Counted from the first letter of the stretch, positions 22,572 to 34,672 are shown. The stretch: DNA of 64,000 nt from Ostrea edulis (GCF_947568905.1 NC_079166.1:31000001-31064000), one strand, 5' to 3'. Notes: generated from the sequence alone by a model not told the origin. Numbers and translations: made by a program.

Positions 22572-23641
22572 GTATCTATATAAACTAACTGCTAAAACAA
22601 ACTACAATAGCCGTGTTTCGACCGGTAGGAAATGTTGTGGCATATCGATGGATGGTTTTGAACACCTGCAATAAATTTTGACAGACAATTACCCCTCTTT
22701 GGTAAACATATCAATAAAGATGTGTTCAAATCATACAATATGGCAATACTTGATATAAAACATTTCGTTTTGTCGAGTAAATATGAAATTATGCATAATT
22801 GTATCAGAATTAAGCAAATGTTTCGTAGACATAAAATCATAGAAGGGTTTTAGTTGAGAAATGTGTTACTAAAGAATTACAGATAAAAGAGGGTTTAAGC
22901 TTATAAAACTGTGTGTAATACCCTCACTGTGTTGTACCACAGTCTTTATGTAGAGTAATCTTTCTTTCTATCTCACTCATTCACGAATGTTTTTTCACAA
23001 TAGGGGTATGCCATTGTACATGCATATCAAAATTAAGTAGTAATTATAATTTCAACAATGTTAGATAAAAACAATGACAAGTCACGGTAGCCAAGTGATT
23101 AAAGCACTGATTTTGCAACCGGGGGGGGGGAGTAACGGTTCGATTCAAACTTCGTCAAACTTAAGGCATTTAACATACATGTAGGTAGTGATTGCTCCAT
23201 TACCGAACTTTTAACATTTAAAATCAAAACAGGACAAACATGTTCTCACCACTTGCATGCAAAATGTCTTAACATAACAGAGATATACGTCATCGTTCTT
23301 TCGTTTAAACCTATTTATTTATACTAGGACATTTACCGGGTGGTTTCTTGCCTATGGCAGCAGCGAAATTCAAACAAGTGTGGATGATTTCAGACCTTTC
23401 AATTAAAATATCATATCAAATATACGCTACTTACTTCCTCATACTTTAATAAAGTTCTCTATGTTCGCCGTATCTGGGTGGCTTATTTTATAAAACATCA
23501 AATCCTGCCTCTAACTGCTATTTTGATAAACGCACTAAAGACCCGAAATACCTAAAACTTTAAGGAAAGCAAAATGGGTAAGAACAATCAAAATCAAATA
23601 AAATAAATAACAAAAAATTAAGAAAGCTAAAATATAATAAT

Positions 23642-23994
23642 AAGTTGATGGTGTAAGGTTTCAACAGTTTCGTTAAAAGTCAGCATTTCGCAAATTTTAT
23701 GGTCGTTATAACAATCTAGTTTGCCAATATAACCTATCAAATGCTGTCTGACGTGTTTCATAACGATTGTTAGGCCGTTATTGGCACACTAATTTTGAAT
23801 ACGGATAACTCTGTTTACCTGATCGAAATATCGGGCACACGGCATGTGTGACCGGTCGACTTGGGATGCTTACTCCTTCTAGACACTTGATCCTACCTCT
23901 GGTATATCCAGGGGTCCGTGTTTGCCCAACTCTCTATTTTATATTGCTTATAGGAGTGAGGAAATTGGTTACTGTTCGTTATCTTCACCTTTCA
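23642..23994 (+). mobile_element. Penelope-like 3' fragment (paralog of ~10470-10822)
   Basis: Family 3' UTR ending cttcacctttcat. Confidence 0.8.
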
Positions 23995-24989
23995 TTATTA
24001 TAAGAAATATAGAATTGGCGAAATGTTGATTTTAAACGAGATCGTTGAAGCACCTGTAGCATCAACTAAATTGTCTTATTTGAAAATTTATCATATGCAG
24101 AACATGTCTCTAAACACCACGTGCAAGTGATGATGGAATATTCCTACATAAATATGGAAAATTGATGTGGAGAAGTCATCCCGTTTGTCATAAAGTAAAA
24201 TTCTAGTTTGATGCTACAATTCAAATTCAATGAAATATCAAAACAGCCAAATACGAAGTAGATATGAAAGCCTCTGTCTTGGTTGTTTTTTTTTTCGAGG
24301 TCACTGTGATATATCGAATGAAAATGAATATTGTTTATATATATAACATCGTCGATATACCCATGCATTTAAATATCAAGTTGAAGCCACAACCAAATAT
24401 GTTTTCGTGTAGAAGCATTCGTGCCCATGGGTAGAATTCCATCAGGTACATCCTTATCCCACAGTACATGTATTCCTATTGATAATAGCTGTGTTAATCT
24501 TACGCTTTCCTCTCTATATGTCTATTTCTCTTTCCAGTTGAATTCATCATTAATTGTAACACGAGTGTAACAATTCTAAGGATGAGCTAGAGAGAATTTT
24601 AACCCTTGATTACAAAAAATAAAAGATTGTGAAAACACCCATTAATCACCCATTTACAATCGAATTGCAACAACACGGCAAATAGAATTTCAGAGAGCTA
24701 TTTAATATCTGCAAGGAAAGTTCCTCCTTGAAAATTGTTCCTGGAAGTAAGAGAACTTTCTCCATTTTTAAGCACTTCCTGTTGTTAAATATCATTCATG
24801 ATTAAACGCCCTTTCGTTTTTGGAGCACTTCCTCTTATATTAATGTTTGCAGCATATCCAATATACTACCCTGATTAGGAATTTAATGAAGAGGTAAACG
24901 ATCAAGCACTAACGAAATACTTCCTCTAGAGGTCACTGGAATCGCTCATTACGTTTCTTACAAATCAATTCTGATATCTGGAGGTTGTT

Positions 24990-26537
24990 ATGGAGAGTTG
25001 TAAGACACTGTGTAGAATTTTAGCCCTCCCGATCTTTCCAAATGTTCCGCAATCAGGCTTCAACAATAGTGGAGAGAGAATTTCATTCTTATTCTTTTTA
25101 CACGTAATATCCGGGCTATTTGTCATCAACGGGGTATTTGCAGCCGAACAAGCAACATCAGAAGAATCCAACATTAAGAATTGGGTGGTAGTGACGGTCT
25201 TTGTAACAATTGGACTGATTTCGCTGGTTATTCTTCTCATTGCAGGTTGCAGAAATACGCTGCATACAAATAGAATACCAGAAACCAAAATGTCCGATCC
25301 ATCCTTGAATCTTCGAATAGGATTTCTGTGGGTGTTTGGATTAGTGGTGATGATACATGTGTCCTTGAACTTTGCAACTTATATTGACTGCATCCAATCT
25401 TATTCCTTAAGAGGTGTCCATGTGACATTTTTGTTGACGAGTAACATAATCTTATTACTCTTCCTCATCATTCAAATTACCTTTGTTTCGTATTTCCAAC
25501 ATACATGTACTTCTTTCACAAGAGGTTATATTATCAACTTTGCCAGTATGTTCGTTCTAGTGGCCAACTTTGTCATTTGGTATAGTGTAGTGGTTAGTAA
25601 AAGCACATCATTAGGAATGATGAAGAACGATGCGGAATCAAACCAAAGCAATGAGACCTATTGCTTTCTAACATCTAAGATACAGCAGAAACTATCTTTA
25701 AATATGACGCCGTATTTATTTCCATCTAGAATGGAGTTCTGTATTCTAGCATCCAGCTTTATCATAACATTGAGGAGGTGGCCGATGGACTATGTACGAA
25801 ATGAAGGGAGTTACACTGACTATCAAGTGCTTCACGAAAATATTGATGATCGTAATGTTCCTTCCCCTGAGAAAAGAAATCACATAAACGGACCTCATAT
25901 ATTTGCAACAGTGTGTGGGTTTGTCATTAATATGCCAACTTTTTTCTCAGCGATATTGCTAGTATTTGTCTCTGACTGGAACCAAGAAGCCCTTCTTCTT
26001 ACTATTTACACCGGTGAGTCTTTGAGTGCGGTTTGCAGCATCGCCATCGTTTACATATGCAGTTATTGTTTGAACAAGAATTTCAGTAACTCTTGGAGAC
26101 ACAGCAAACTAACGACCAATGAGTACATTCTAATTCTGACATCCTCTGGAATGGTGACCTATTTTACTATTGGTATACTGACCAATTTTTCATACCCCCA
26201 AAACATGAAGATGTACGCTTGTTGTCGTTTCCTTGGTTTACTAGAAATATTTCTACAGACGTACTTCTTCATCAGAATTAGGCGGTACAATCTCAATGGC
26301 AACCACTCCATTCTCATTTCCTCGTGTGGAATTATTCTCATGTTAACCAATCTGATTTACTGGCTCCTAAATTCTTACAAGCAGAATGCTTTTGCGGAAA
26401 GTAGAGAAATATTCCTTGTTGAACGCGAGAAATGGCTCTACATAGAAAACATACTAGTTCCTTTACTGACATTTTACAGGTTTTTCTCGGCCATGAGTGC
26501 TTATTCCTTATATTGTAAGTTTAAACCGAATCGTTAA
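24990..26537 (+). CDS. OTOP: Otopetrin-like proton channel, type B copy 2 (515 aa)
   Basis: Intact single-exon ORF with motifs PYLFPSRMEFCIL, EIFLQTYF, TNLIYW and PLLTFYRF. Confidence 0.9.
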   Translation: MESCKTLCRILALPIFPNVPQSGFNNSGERISFLFFLHVISGLFVINGVFAAEQATSEESNIKNWVVVTVFVTIGLISLVILLIAGCRNTLHTNRIPETKMSDPSLNLRIGFLWVFGLVVMIHVSLNFATYIDCIQSYSLRGVHVTFLLTSNIILLLFLIIQITFVSYFQHTCTSFTRGYIINFASMFVLVANFVIWYSVVVSKSTSLGMMKNDAESNQSNETYCFLTSKIQQKLSLNMTPYLFPSRMEFCILASSFIITLRRWPMDYVRNEGSYTDYQVLHENIDDRNVPSPEKRNHINGPHIFATVCGFVINMPTFFSAILLVFVSDWNQEALLLTIYTGESLSAVCSIAIVYICSYCLNKNFSNSWRHSKLTTNEYILILTSSGMVTYFTIGILTNFSYPQNMKMYACCRFLGLLEIFLQTYFFIRIRRYNLNGNHSILISSCGIILMLTNLIYWLLNSYKQNAFAESREIFLVEREKWLYIENILVPLLTFYRFFSAMSAYSLYCKFKPNR

Positions 26538-26577
26538 AACATAGTGAACCAGTGCGTTTCTAAAACCTTTACGTTAC

Positions 26578-26895
26578 GGTAGTACTCTACATCGTCATAA
26601 TGGCTGACTTCCTTTAAAAACATGGATGACAAAATCGATATCAGCAATATTTGACTTTTCCTTTTCTATTTAAATACCTAGCCGAGTAGCTCAGTAGGTT
26701 AGAATACCGACTGTTGAACTGTAGGTCGCAGGTTCGAGTCCAGCAGGGGTTTTAAATTTTCTTCAGATTACCTTCTACTAAAACTGTATTTTTTGACAAA
26801 ATAAAGTAAATTTGAAAATTTTCAAATTCAAAATATTTTTGTACATATCCTACACTTTTCATCTACATCAAATTTCTCTGGTGTAGCATACCTCC
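26578..26895 (+). mobile_element. Kolobok-like non-autonomous element (318 bp) with internal tRNA-like A/B boxes
   Basis: tta(c)|GGtagtactctac...gtagcatacctCC|TTAA. The empty site gttaagattc is in B1 at ~13591. Internal TAGCTCAGTAGGTTAGA and GGTTCGAGTCC motifs are present. Confidence 0.75.
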
Positions 26896-27776
26896 TTAAG
26901 ATTCAACTTTATATCAATTGTGTTGTCCTATATGGGCTTATGAACGAAACGCTATATGTGCCTTATTTTACGTGAGTACTGTTATCGCGCAATGACCCGA
27001 GGAATTTTATTTCGCCTGTGGTGCTCCTTGCTAAATCACGTGATAACTAACCCCTCGCGTATATCTAGAACTCTACAGTATCTTCAGGTATACTATGTAG
27101 ATGTGCAAACATGTAGAGCTCATAGGACATATTCTACTCGGTCCCGCCTTCAACATCAAAACTATCAAAATGATAATTCAATCCGCTTGAAGAGAAGCCA
27201 CCCAATCCAAAGTTGAAAAGAAAATTAAAACTTAATTACGTTAATGTTTGATGACAATTCAGTTTTGTTTGTCATTCGTATGAATTCAAGAAATATCCAT
27301 ATTAAACAGTTATCAATTAGTACGATAAGATAAGATAAGTTTATTCCAATTTTGGGCCCAGTGGACATAACAGCAAGACAGCTTATAAAGAAGGAAATTT
27401 CAAAAAAGAAAGTTTACAACATTAACTACAGGTTACATGGACTGCAAACTACATGTGGATGTAGCATGTTGGTGAAACGAGTACATACATATACGGAAAC
27501 AATCAGTAATGAGTGTTAAAATACGACCTTGTGCATGTACTCATTTGATCATTATGTATTGTTTCAATTTTTTTTTTTTTTACTCTCACGAATACGAATT
27601 ATTTACAATGAATAGCAAATATTGCAGAAATGCATTTTCATGAAAGCGCCAACATAGCATAGAAAGAGACCCAAGTCTACCCTTGTATTTCCCACAAATT
27701 TACTTCTACTATTGTATCCAAAAAAAAAAATATTCATAAACACACTGTGCCTATATAAAGAGCATTTTATACTTAA

Positions 27777-29234
27777 GGTAGTACTCTACATCGTCATAAT
27801 GGCTGACTTCCTTTAAAAACATGGATGAAAAAATCGACATTATCAATATTTGGCTTTTCCTTTTCGATTTGAATACCTAGCTGAATAGCTCAGTAGGTTA
27901 GAATACCGATTCAAATTTTAGGAGCAGGAATGGAGATATTTTTACTCCAGTTTATGAAAACAGATTTAGAGGGTCTACCACAGTTTTACAATGAATTATT
28001 TTGTGCATGGTATGCCATAAAGGATTGCATCATTGCTACAGAAAAAGAAAATGATGTTTTTAATTATTGTTTGTTTTTTAATCCGAAAGTACAAAGAAGA
28101 AACAAGATGTTGAATTGGAAAGATTTTATTAGTGCTAGTATTACACATGTCAAGGATATTTCATATGAAGTAATTCCGGAATTTTTACCAATATCATGTA
28201 TTGTGAAGATTTTTCAAGAACAAAATTCAGAGGTAAATGTCTCACTGATTACAAAAAATTATAAGGATTAATCCGATTTGTTATTATCTATTCCAGAAGA
28301 ATGGAAAAATTATGTTCATGAAAATGAGTACAAAAGAACATGCTTTCAGCCAAATTTTGATATTTCATATAGAGATCAAAGGATAGTGTTCCAATCCGGT
28401 ACAGTACAAATATTTTATAATTTGTTAGTTCAAAAAATGTTTCAAGAACCGGTGTCAAATATTTATTGGCGAGATAAACTTGATATGAATGATAAATCAT
28501 CCATTGAAAAGCGATGGGAAACGGTACGGGTGTTATACAAAACACCAGATATTACTGAACTGGATTTCAAAAAATTTCACAATATTATATTTACATATGA
28601 GAAACTTTTTAGGATAGGGAAGTCTGATTTTAAAATATGTCCAATTTGTATGCTAGAATGCGAGGACATAATGCATTTATTTATTAGATGTAAAGAGTTG
28701 GCTGAATTTAAGAACAATTTTGTTATTTATCATCTTGAATCGTTATTGAAAAATTTTGTATTTATAGAAGAAGACAGATTTTTTTGCAAAGTGAAAAGAA
28801 AATTGATATTGAAAGGCTTTGTAGATATACATTGAGACATTACATTTCATATAACCATTATCAATTGACTGTTTTAGGAAAGAAAATAACCTGTTTAAAA
28901 AGTTTTTCTCACATAGAAATCCTCTATTGAAAGAAACAGAGGTAATATTATTGTTCATATTTTAGATACAAAGTGTTTTAAATGTGATTGTAACTGATGA
29001 TCTGTTTAAATGTTAATCAATAAAAGAGAGGGGGAAAAAAGAATACCGACTGCTGACCTGTAGGTCGGAGGTTCGAGTTCAGCAGGGGTTTTAATTTTTT
29101 TTCAGATTACCTTCCAATAAAACTGTATTTTTTGACAAAATAAAGTAAATTTGAAAATTTTCAACTTCAAAATATTGTTGTACATATCCTCCACTTTTCA
29201 TCTACGTCAAATTTCTCTGGTGTAGCACACATCC
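27777..29234 (+). mobile_element. Second Kolobok-like copy, interrupted by a LINE
   Basis: TTAA TSDs at 27773-27776 and 29235-29238. The empty site acttaatcc is in unit 1 at ~14408. Confidence 0.8.
27910..29039 (+). mobile_element. 5'-truncated L1/Tx1-clade LINE
   Basis: ORF2 C-terminus with the zinc-knuckle CPICMLECEDIMHLFIRC, AATAAA near the end and an A/G-rich tail. It has a 10-bp TSD agaataccga (27900-27909, 29040-29049). Confidence 0.8.
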
Positions 29235-29433
29235 TTAATCTTCTTTCACCTATAGTCCAGCTGGACATGTCATTACTGGCGATGTTGATATAGTTGAAAA
29301 GGAGGACCTCAAATCACTTACTTTAAAAGGTCCTAACGACAGAGAACCTCGGTCTTTCAATACGGGACTTTCGAGATACGGATCCAGTCTGATTTTTATC
29401 ATGCGTTGAACGTAATTTGTCAATCTCTACCCA

Positions 29434-30287
29434 GAGTTGTCGTTCTTTGCTCTCACATATACCTCTGTTAACGTCTCAAAATAAGCAATGCTATTCTACA
29501 TGTAAATCCACTTTTTTTTTTTACGGCTAATAAAACTAAGAACTACTTTATAAAATATTGGGAAAATGTAGGACAAGAAACATTGTAGATTTTTTCCCCA
29601 TTACAATACATTCTTCATGTACCTATGTATAGGCCAGATGCAATAGAAACACCCAATATCCACGTTTCAACCCAAATCAATGCTTCTTGTGTCACAAAAA
29701 GACTTGACATCTGCTCAGTATTTATTTATTCATGTATATTTGTGTAACTGAAGTCAAAACCATACTTTATTTGAGCATACGTGCCATTTTACAAAAATCT
29801 TGTAAAACCTTATAGACAGCGACCCATATAAACATTATTTACTCACAATATTGACGATTTCATATACGCTTTACTCGCTATATTTGGGTATTTACATCGT
29901 TATATGTGTGTACTGGTGGCGAAAACATATAAAACTCGGAAAATTTGTCAACATCGATTTAAATGTTGCCCATGGTAAATAAATTTGGCCCCTAAAAGTT
30001 GAGTTTTTAATAATATCTCGCAGTACTTTCACAATCCAAAGGGCGCATGTGACGTCACTGTACCACGTGACTACCTACCTAATTAACTAGACTTTTTGAA
30101 ATCGGGGCATAGATTTAAGTCTGTATTGTGGTTAATTATCGCAAAATTTCGGCGAACGAACTATTAGAATTAATTACTATAAGCATAAAGAAGACGAAAT
30201 GCATGTAATGTTGTATACTTTGAAAACATGAGATGTGTCCTTTAAGACGTTGACAGAGGTGTAAGTGAGAGCAAGGAACGACAACTC
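29434..30287. mobile_element. Non-autonomous DNA transposon with ~43-bp TIRs (GAG termini)
   Basis: gagttgtcgttctttgctctcac.. / ..gtgagagcaaggaacgacaactc. taatttgt is repeated on both flanks (left copy offset by 13 nt). Absent in unit 1. Confidence 0.75.
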
Positions 30288-30404
30288 TAATTTGTAGGGC
30301 ATGTCACTCCGATTTACAATAATAACTAAGTAAACAAGCATGGAATACTTCAATTGCTATCAAATTCCTGCATTTAAATGTTGTCTTTGAAAGAAAGGAA
30401 CCAC

Positions 30405-31311
30405 TAATATGTTGTACGGTGTGACCGTTGAGACGAGCGAAGCCCATTAACATCTCGCAACACGACTTTTATCCGCCTCTTCATTTAACGCGCGAAATAT
30501 AACGCGCTTGGTGTAAACAGTTACAAATTGTGACGTCACATTAGCTGCAATTTTTTTATTCTTCTCTCAAAGCAAGCAAAAACAAAATTTTTGAAGCTAT
30601 GAGAAAGCTTGTCTGGAATTTAAAAACGTTAATGGTACTTTCTAAACAATCTAATTATTTTAATTACGGGTTTGTCAATGAAGTATACCGCAGTGACGGC
30701 GACATTTTTGCAGAAGCATTATGGGTAATACTCATCTTTTTTCAGCTGAAGAAGAGCAAATCACGTGACTCATATGTGTAATCATTGGAGCGAGCTCGTC
30801 GCGTTGCTTCGCGACGCGAGCTTCGCTCGCTAATATGATTACGGTGTGACCGTTGGGGCGAGCGCAGCATATCTGAATACATTTTCAAAAAATTTATATT
30901 GAAAACAAGGAAAACTTATCTGGTTCACTGTCAATACGTAGGATTACTGTCTTGCTCTTCTCGCCAATGTAGGAACCAGTTTAGCGGGAAATGCAACGAG
31001 CGTGTTGTGACGTAGCCTGGTAGTTGTGACGTGACTGTTTACATTTCTTTAGACAATATTTTAAAAAGAAAAAGAAAGGGGAAAGAATATGATTGTCATC
31101 CTTTCCTTTCAAATAAGAAAGGTTTGTAATACTTCAAAGATTTTTTTTATTATTATTTTACGAATCGAACCATCCGCCATTTTGTACGAGGGACTTCTGG
31201 GATTGGCGCCAAAAAAAATTCTTGTTAGAGGTTGAGATTTAGCTCGGATTATTTCCCGCGCTCTAGTCATTAGAGCTCGCAGTACGAGCCAGCGCTCTGC
31301 GCTGCGCTCGC
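30405..31311 (+). mobile_element. Two related Helentron/HINE-like elements in tandem
   Basis: Both start atatg..tacggtgtgaccgttg and end cgctcgcta, with subterminal inverted repeats and GC-rich 3' hairpins. The empty site cacta|taaccatttt is in unit 1 (~14733). Confidence 0.6.
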
Positions 31312-32027
31312 TATAACCATTTTATAGGAAAATGCATTTGATTAAATTATGTGAGTTGGCGAGGGAAATAAATGTAGGATATCGGTAAAACTTCACGCCT
31401 TTCATCCAATGATACGCGTCTAACTGCGCCTTTTCCCTTCAAGTTAATTTTCACCCAGATACTAGGCACCAATAGTGACTTGGATCGTCATTGTAGGACT
31501 GCGCATAGCTCTTTACGGGCCGTCTGCTAACGAGACATCATTTGTATCGAAGTCAACTTTGCCCTACAATTGGTCATTATCACGTGACCGTGGTGTATAA
31601 AAGTCAAATATAATCGGTCGTTCCGGCACATCCCGAAAGTTCCGTATTGGCAACAGAAGTTCATCATCAATCATTAATTTCATGTATGTCGAAGATTATG
31701 CCAGATGATGGGCTAAATATGAAAAAGAACATATACAACTTGATACATTGTTAAAATGGATTAAAAGTAATATTAAAACTTAAAAATATATGGAAAAAAA
31801 TATTAAAACCCCGCATTACACACATTAAAGCCAACGTACGCACCATCTATACTTTTGTGTTTAGTAAACCAGAATTGATAAAAGAATCAGATAGGTCTGT
31901 TTTGGTTCTATCTGACAAAGCTTGTAACTACATTGTTTTTGTAAGGCTCACTATTACCAATGTATTTTAAACGAACTTGACATTAATTCCACTTTTGGTA
32001 ATCGTACCTATACTCCAACTACCCTTT

Positions 32028-32277
32028 AGAGGGCCTCCGTGGCCGAGTGGTTAGAGCATCGCGCTCAAAATCACACAGCCTCTCACCTCTGTCGGCGCGG
32101 GTTCGAATCCTGCTCGCGCCGGTAAGTGAGAAACTTTCCCAGTTTACTTTCGGAAGGTCGGTGGTCTCTTCCCAGGTGCATTGTATCTGGGTTCTCTCTT
32201 CCACCAACAAAAACTGGGCGCCACCATATAACTGAAAAATTGTTGAGTGTGGCGGAAAACATCAAAAATCAATCAAA
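32028..32277 (+). mobile_element. tRNA-derived SINE, full length
   Basis: A box (tggccgagtggtt), B box (ggttcgaatcc) and a caatcaaa tail. It has a 13-bp TSD ccaactacccttt (32015-32027, 32278-32290). Confidence 0.92.
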
Positions 32278-33169
32278 CCAACTACCCTTTCAAAAGATGA
32301 AATTAATTAAAATCATTCTTCCGTTGTAGATACATTTCATATCCCAGTCAATGGGTCGGATAAATATGAGTTACCGTACCTATACTGGATCCCTTAACTT
32401 AAGAAAAATCCTTACAAAGATACATTACTGGATCCAGTTCGTGCTCTACCAAGCCCATATCTTTGCTCCTCACGAAAGTATTAACAGCTGTGAAGGAGAA
32501 ACTTCAAATGTACTGTGCAACTACATGTGCCAGAAGTGGTATAAATCAAATGTAGATTCTAAAAAATTCTTTAAAAAACTTTTAGTAAACTTGAAATCGC
32601 AAAACTTTTCTAAAGTCAACAACATCAAAACATATGACTTTTCAACACTTTACACAACCATTCCTCACGACAAATTAAAGACTATACTTTTTGACATCAT
32701 AGACAGTTCTTAGACAAAAATAGAAAACGGAAATATTCATATATAATGATAAGTCATAAAAAAAACCTTCTTAAACACCACTTGGATTCCACGCACAAGT
32801 ACTCTGAAGTTAAAATTAAAAATATATCGGTCCCTCAATGACAATATTTTCGCAGTCTTTGGTGATCAAGTCTTCCAACAGTCTGTTGGAATACCAATGG
32901 GCACGAATTGTGATCCTTTGTTAGCTGACCTGTTTTTATTATCTTGTGAAGCAGAATTTATTCAAAAACTTCTACACGAGAAGGAAAGATCTCTTGCTGT
33001 GGCCTTCAAATCGACATTTAGATATATCGACGACGTTCTATCTGTTAACAATATAATCATTTTCATTCACATGTCGATTCGATATATCTCTAAGAACTCG
33101 AAATAAAAGATAACACATAGTCGTCCACTTCTTTTTCATACTTAGATATTTTATTTAAAATAGATATTA

Positions 33170-33664
33170 GGGTATCCGATCTATAAAACCCCCATTTCCC
33201 ACCCAATAATTGTTATGCAATACAAAACTTGGTATCAAATGAAAGATAATGAAGATACACAGTGATTCACCAGAAGAATTTTCAAAATTGACAAGACATA
33301 TAAGAAATATCTGTTATAGAGAATAACATTAATCCCTATGAGGAAAAAAACATGTCTGACATATAAAGTCAATTAGAATATAATTTCCAAAGAAGGCTCA
33401 TGGTGAAAAGATTCCTGTTACCATGATCTTCCAAAATATGTGAATTTTTCCTACAATTCTACAAGGGGAGATAACTCTGACAAAAAAATCTAATTCACTT
33501 TAATTAGANNNNNNNNNNNNNNNNNNNNNNNNNNNNNNNNNNNNNNNNNNNNNNNNNNNNNNNNNNNNNNNNNNNNNNNNNNNNNNNNNNNNNNNNNNNN
33601 NNNNNNNNNNNNNNNNNNNNNNNNNNNNNNNNNNNNNNNNNNNNNNNNNNNNNNNNNNGATACC
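33170..33664. mobile_element. Probable PIF/Harbinger-type insertion spanning the gap
   Basis: TTA|gggtatc ... gatacc|TTA interrupts the PLE sequence gatatta-acggc. Confidence 0.5.
33509..33658. other. Assembly gap (150 N)
   Basis: Run of N. Confidence 1.
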
Positions 33665-34414
33665 TTAACGGCAAACTAACAACTCAACTTGATGATAAAC
33701 GGGATGATTTCAGCTTTTCCATCGTCAACTTATCATATTTATGTAGCAATATTCCATTATCACCTGCATGTCGTACATAAATTTATATTTCTAAAGTCAT
33801 TCGATACGCGAGAGCTTGTTCTAAGTATGATCAGTTTTTAAATCGAGACAAGCTACTGACAAATAAGTTGATGGTGCAGGGGTTTCAACAGTCTCGTTTC
33901 GCAAATTATATGGTCGCTATAACGATCCAGTTTGCCAATACAACCTATCATTAGGTAAAATGCGGTCTGACGTGTTTGATACTGATTGTTAGCCCGTTAT
34001 TGATTCACTGATTTTGACTGCGGATAACTCCTTTTAACTTATCAAGATATAGGGCTCACGGCGGGTTTAACCGGTCGACATGGAAAGCTTACTCCTCTTA
34101 CGCACCTGATCCCACCTCTGGTATATCCAGGGGTCGCGTTTGGCCAACTCTCTATTTTGTATCGCTTATAGTAGTTATGAGATTGATCACTGTTCGTTAT
34201 CTTCAGCTTTCACCCATTTGATATAACGATATCTAAACGAATTCATTGATTTTGTCTTTTAATCCGACAAAACCGGTAGTATCAGTGTTGCCTTCATCGT
34301 CGACGATAGAACGACTGTTCACGACTGGCGATATTTTAACGTTCATAAGAGTTGTAGATTTACACGCAAACATTGTCGAGAAAATGCCGTTTTAAATAAA
34401 CGCTCCAAAAGATG

Positions 34415-34672
34415 ACTGCGGATTACTCCGTTTACCTGATCAAAATATAAGATTCACGACGGATGTGAGCGGTCGATAGGGAATGCTTACTCCTCCTAGA
34501 CACTTGATCCCACCTCTGGTGTATCTAGGGGTCCGTGTTTGCTCAACTTTCTCTTTTGTACGGGTTATTCCATCTCTGGTGTGTCCAGGGATCCGTGTTT
34601 TCCCAACTCTTTATTTTCTATTCCTTGTGGGAGTTTTAAGATTGACCACTGTTTGTTATTTTGCCTTTTCAT
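34415..34672 (+). mobile_element. Penelope-like 3' UTR fragment with internal duplication
   Basis: The ccacctctggtgt..ggggtccgtgttt segment occurs twice. Confidence 0.75.

Larger units (their letters stand above)
15376..31957 (+). repeat. Segmental duplication unit 2
   Basis: Second copy of the A+B otopetrin unit. It differs from unit 1 by copy-specific TE insertions and deletions. Confidence 0.95.
31855..34212 (+). mobile_element. Degraded Penelope-like element spanning RT to 3' end, with nested insertions and a gap
   Basis: FSTLYTTIPHDKLK, GIPMGTNCDPLLADLFL and FRYIDDVLS; the 3' UTR ends cttcagctttcac. Confidence 0.9.

Noticed and set aside
26683-26755. Possible genuine tRNA gene (GTT/Asn-like loop)
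   Set aside because: The anticodon and acceptor stems pair poorly, and the segment is an internal part of a multicopy TTAA-flanked element.
32031-32110. tRNA-like sequence as a tRNA gene
   Set aside because: It is the head of a SINE with body, tail and 13-bp TSD.
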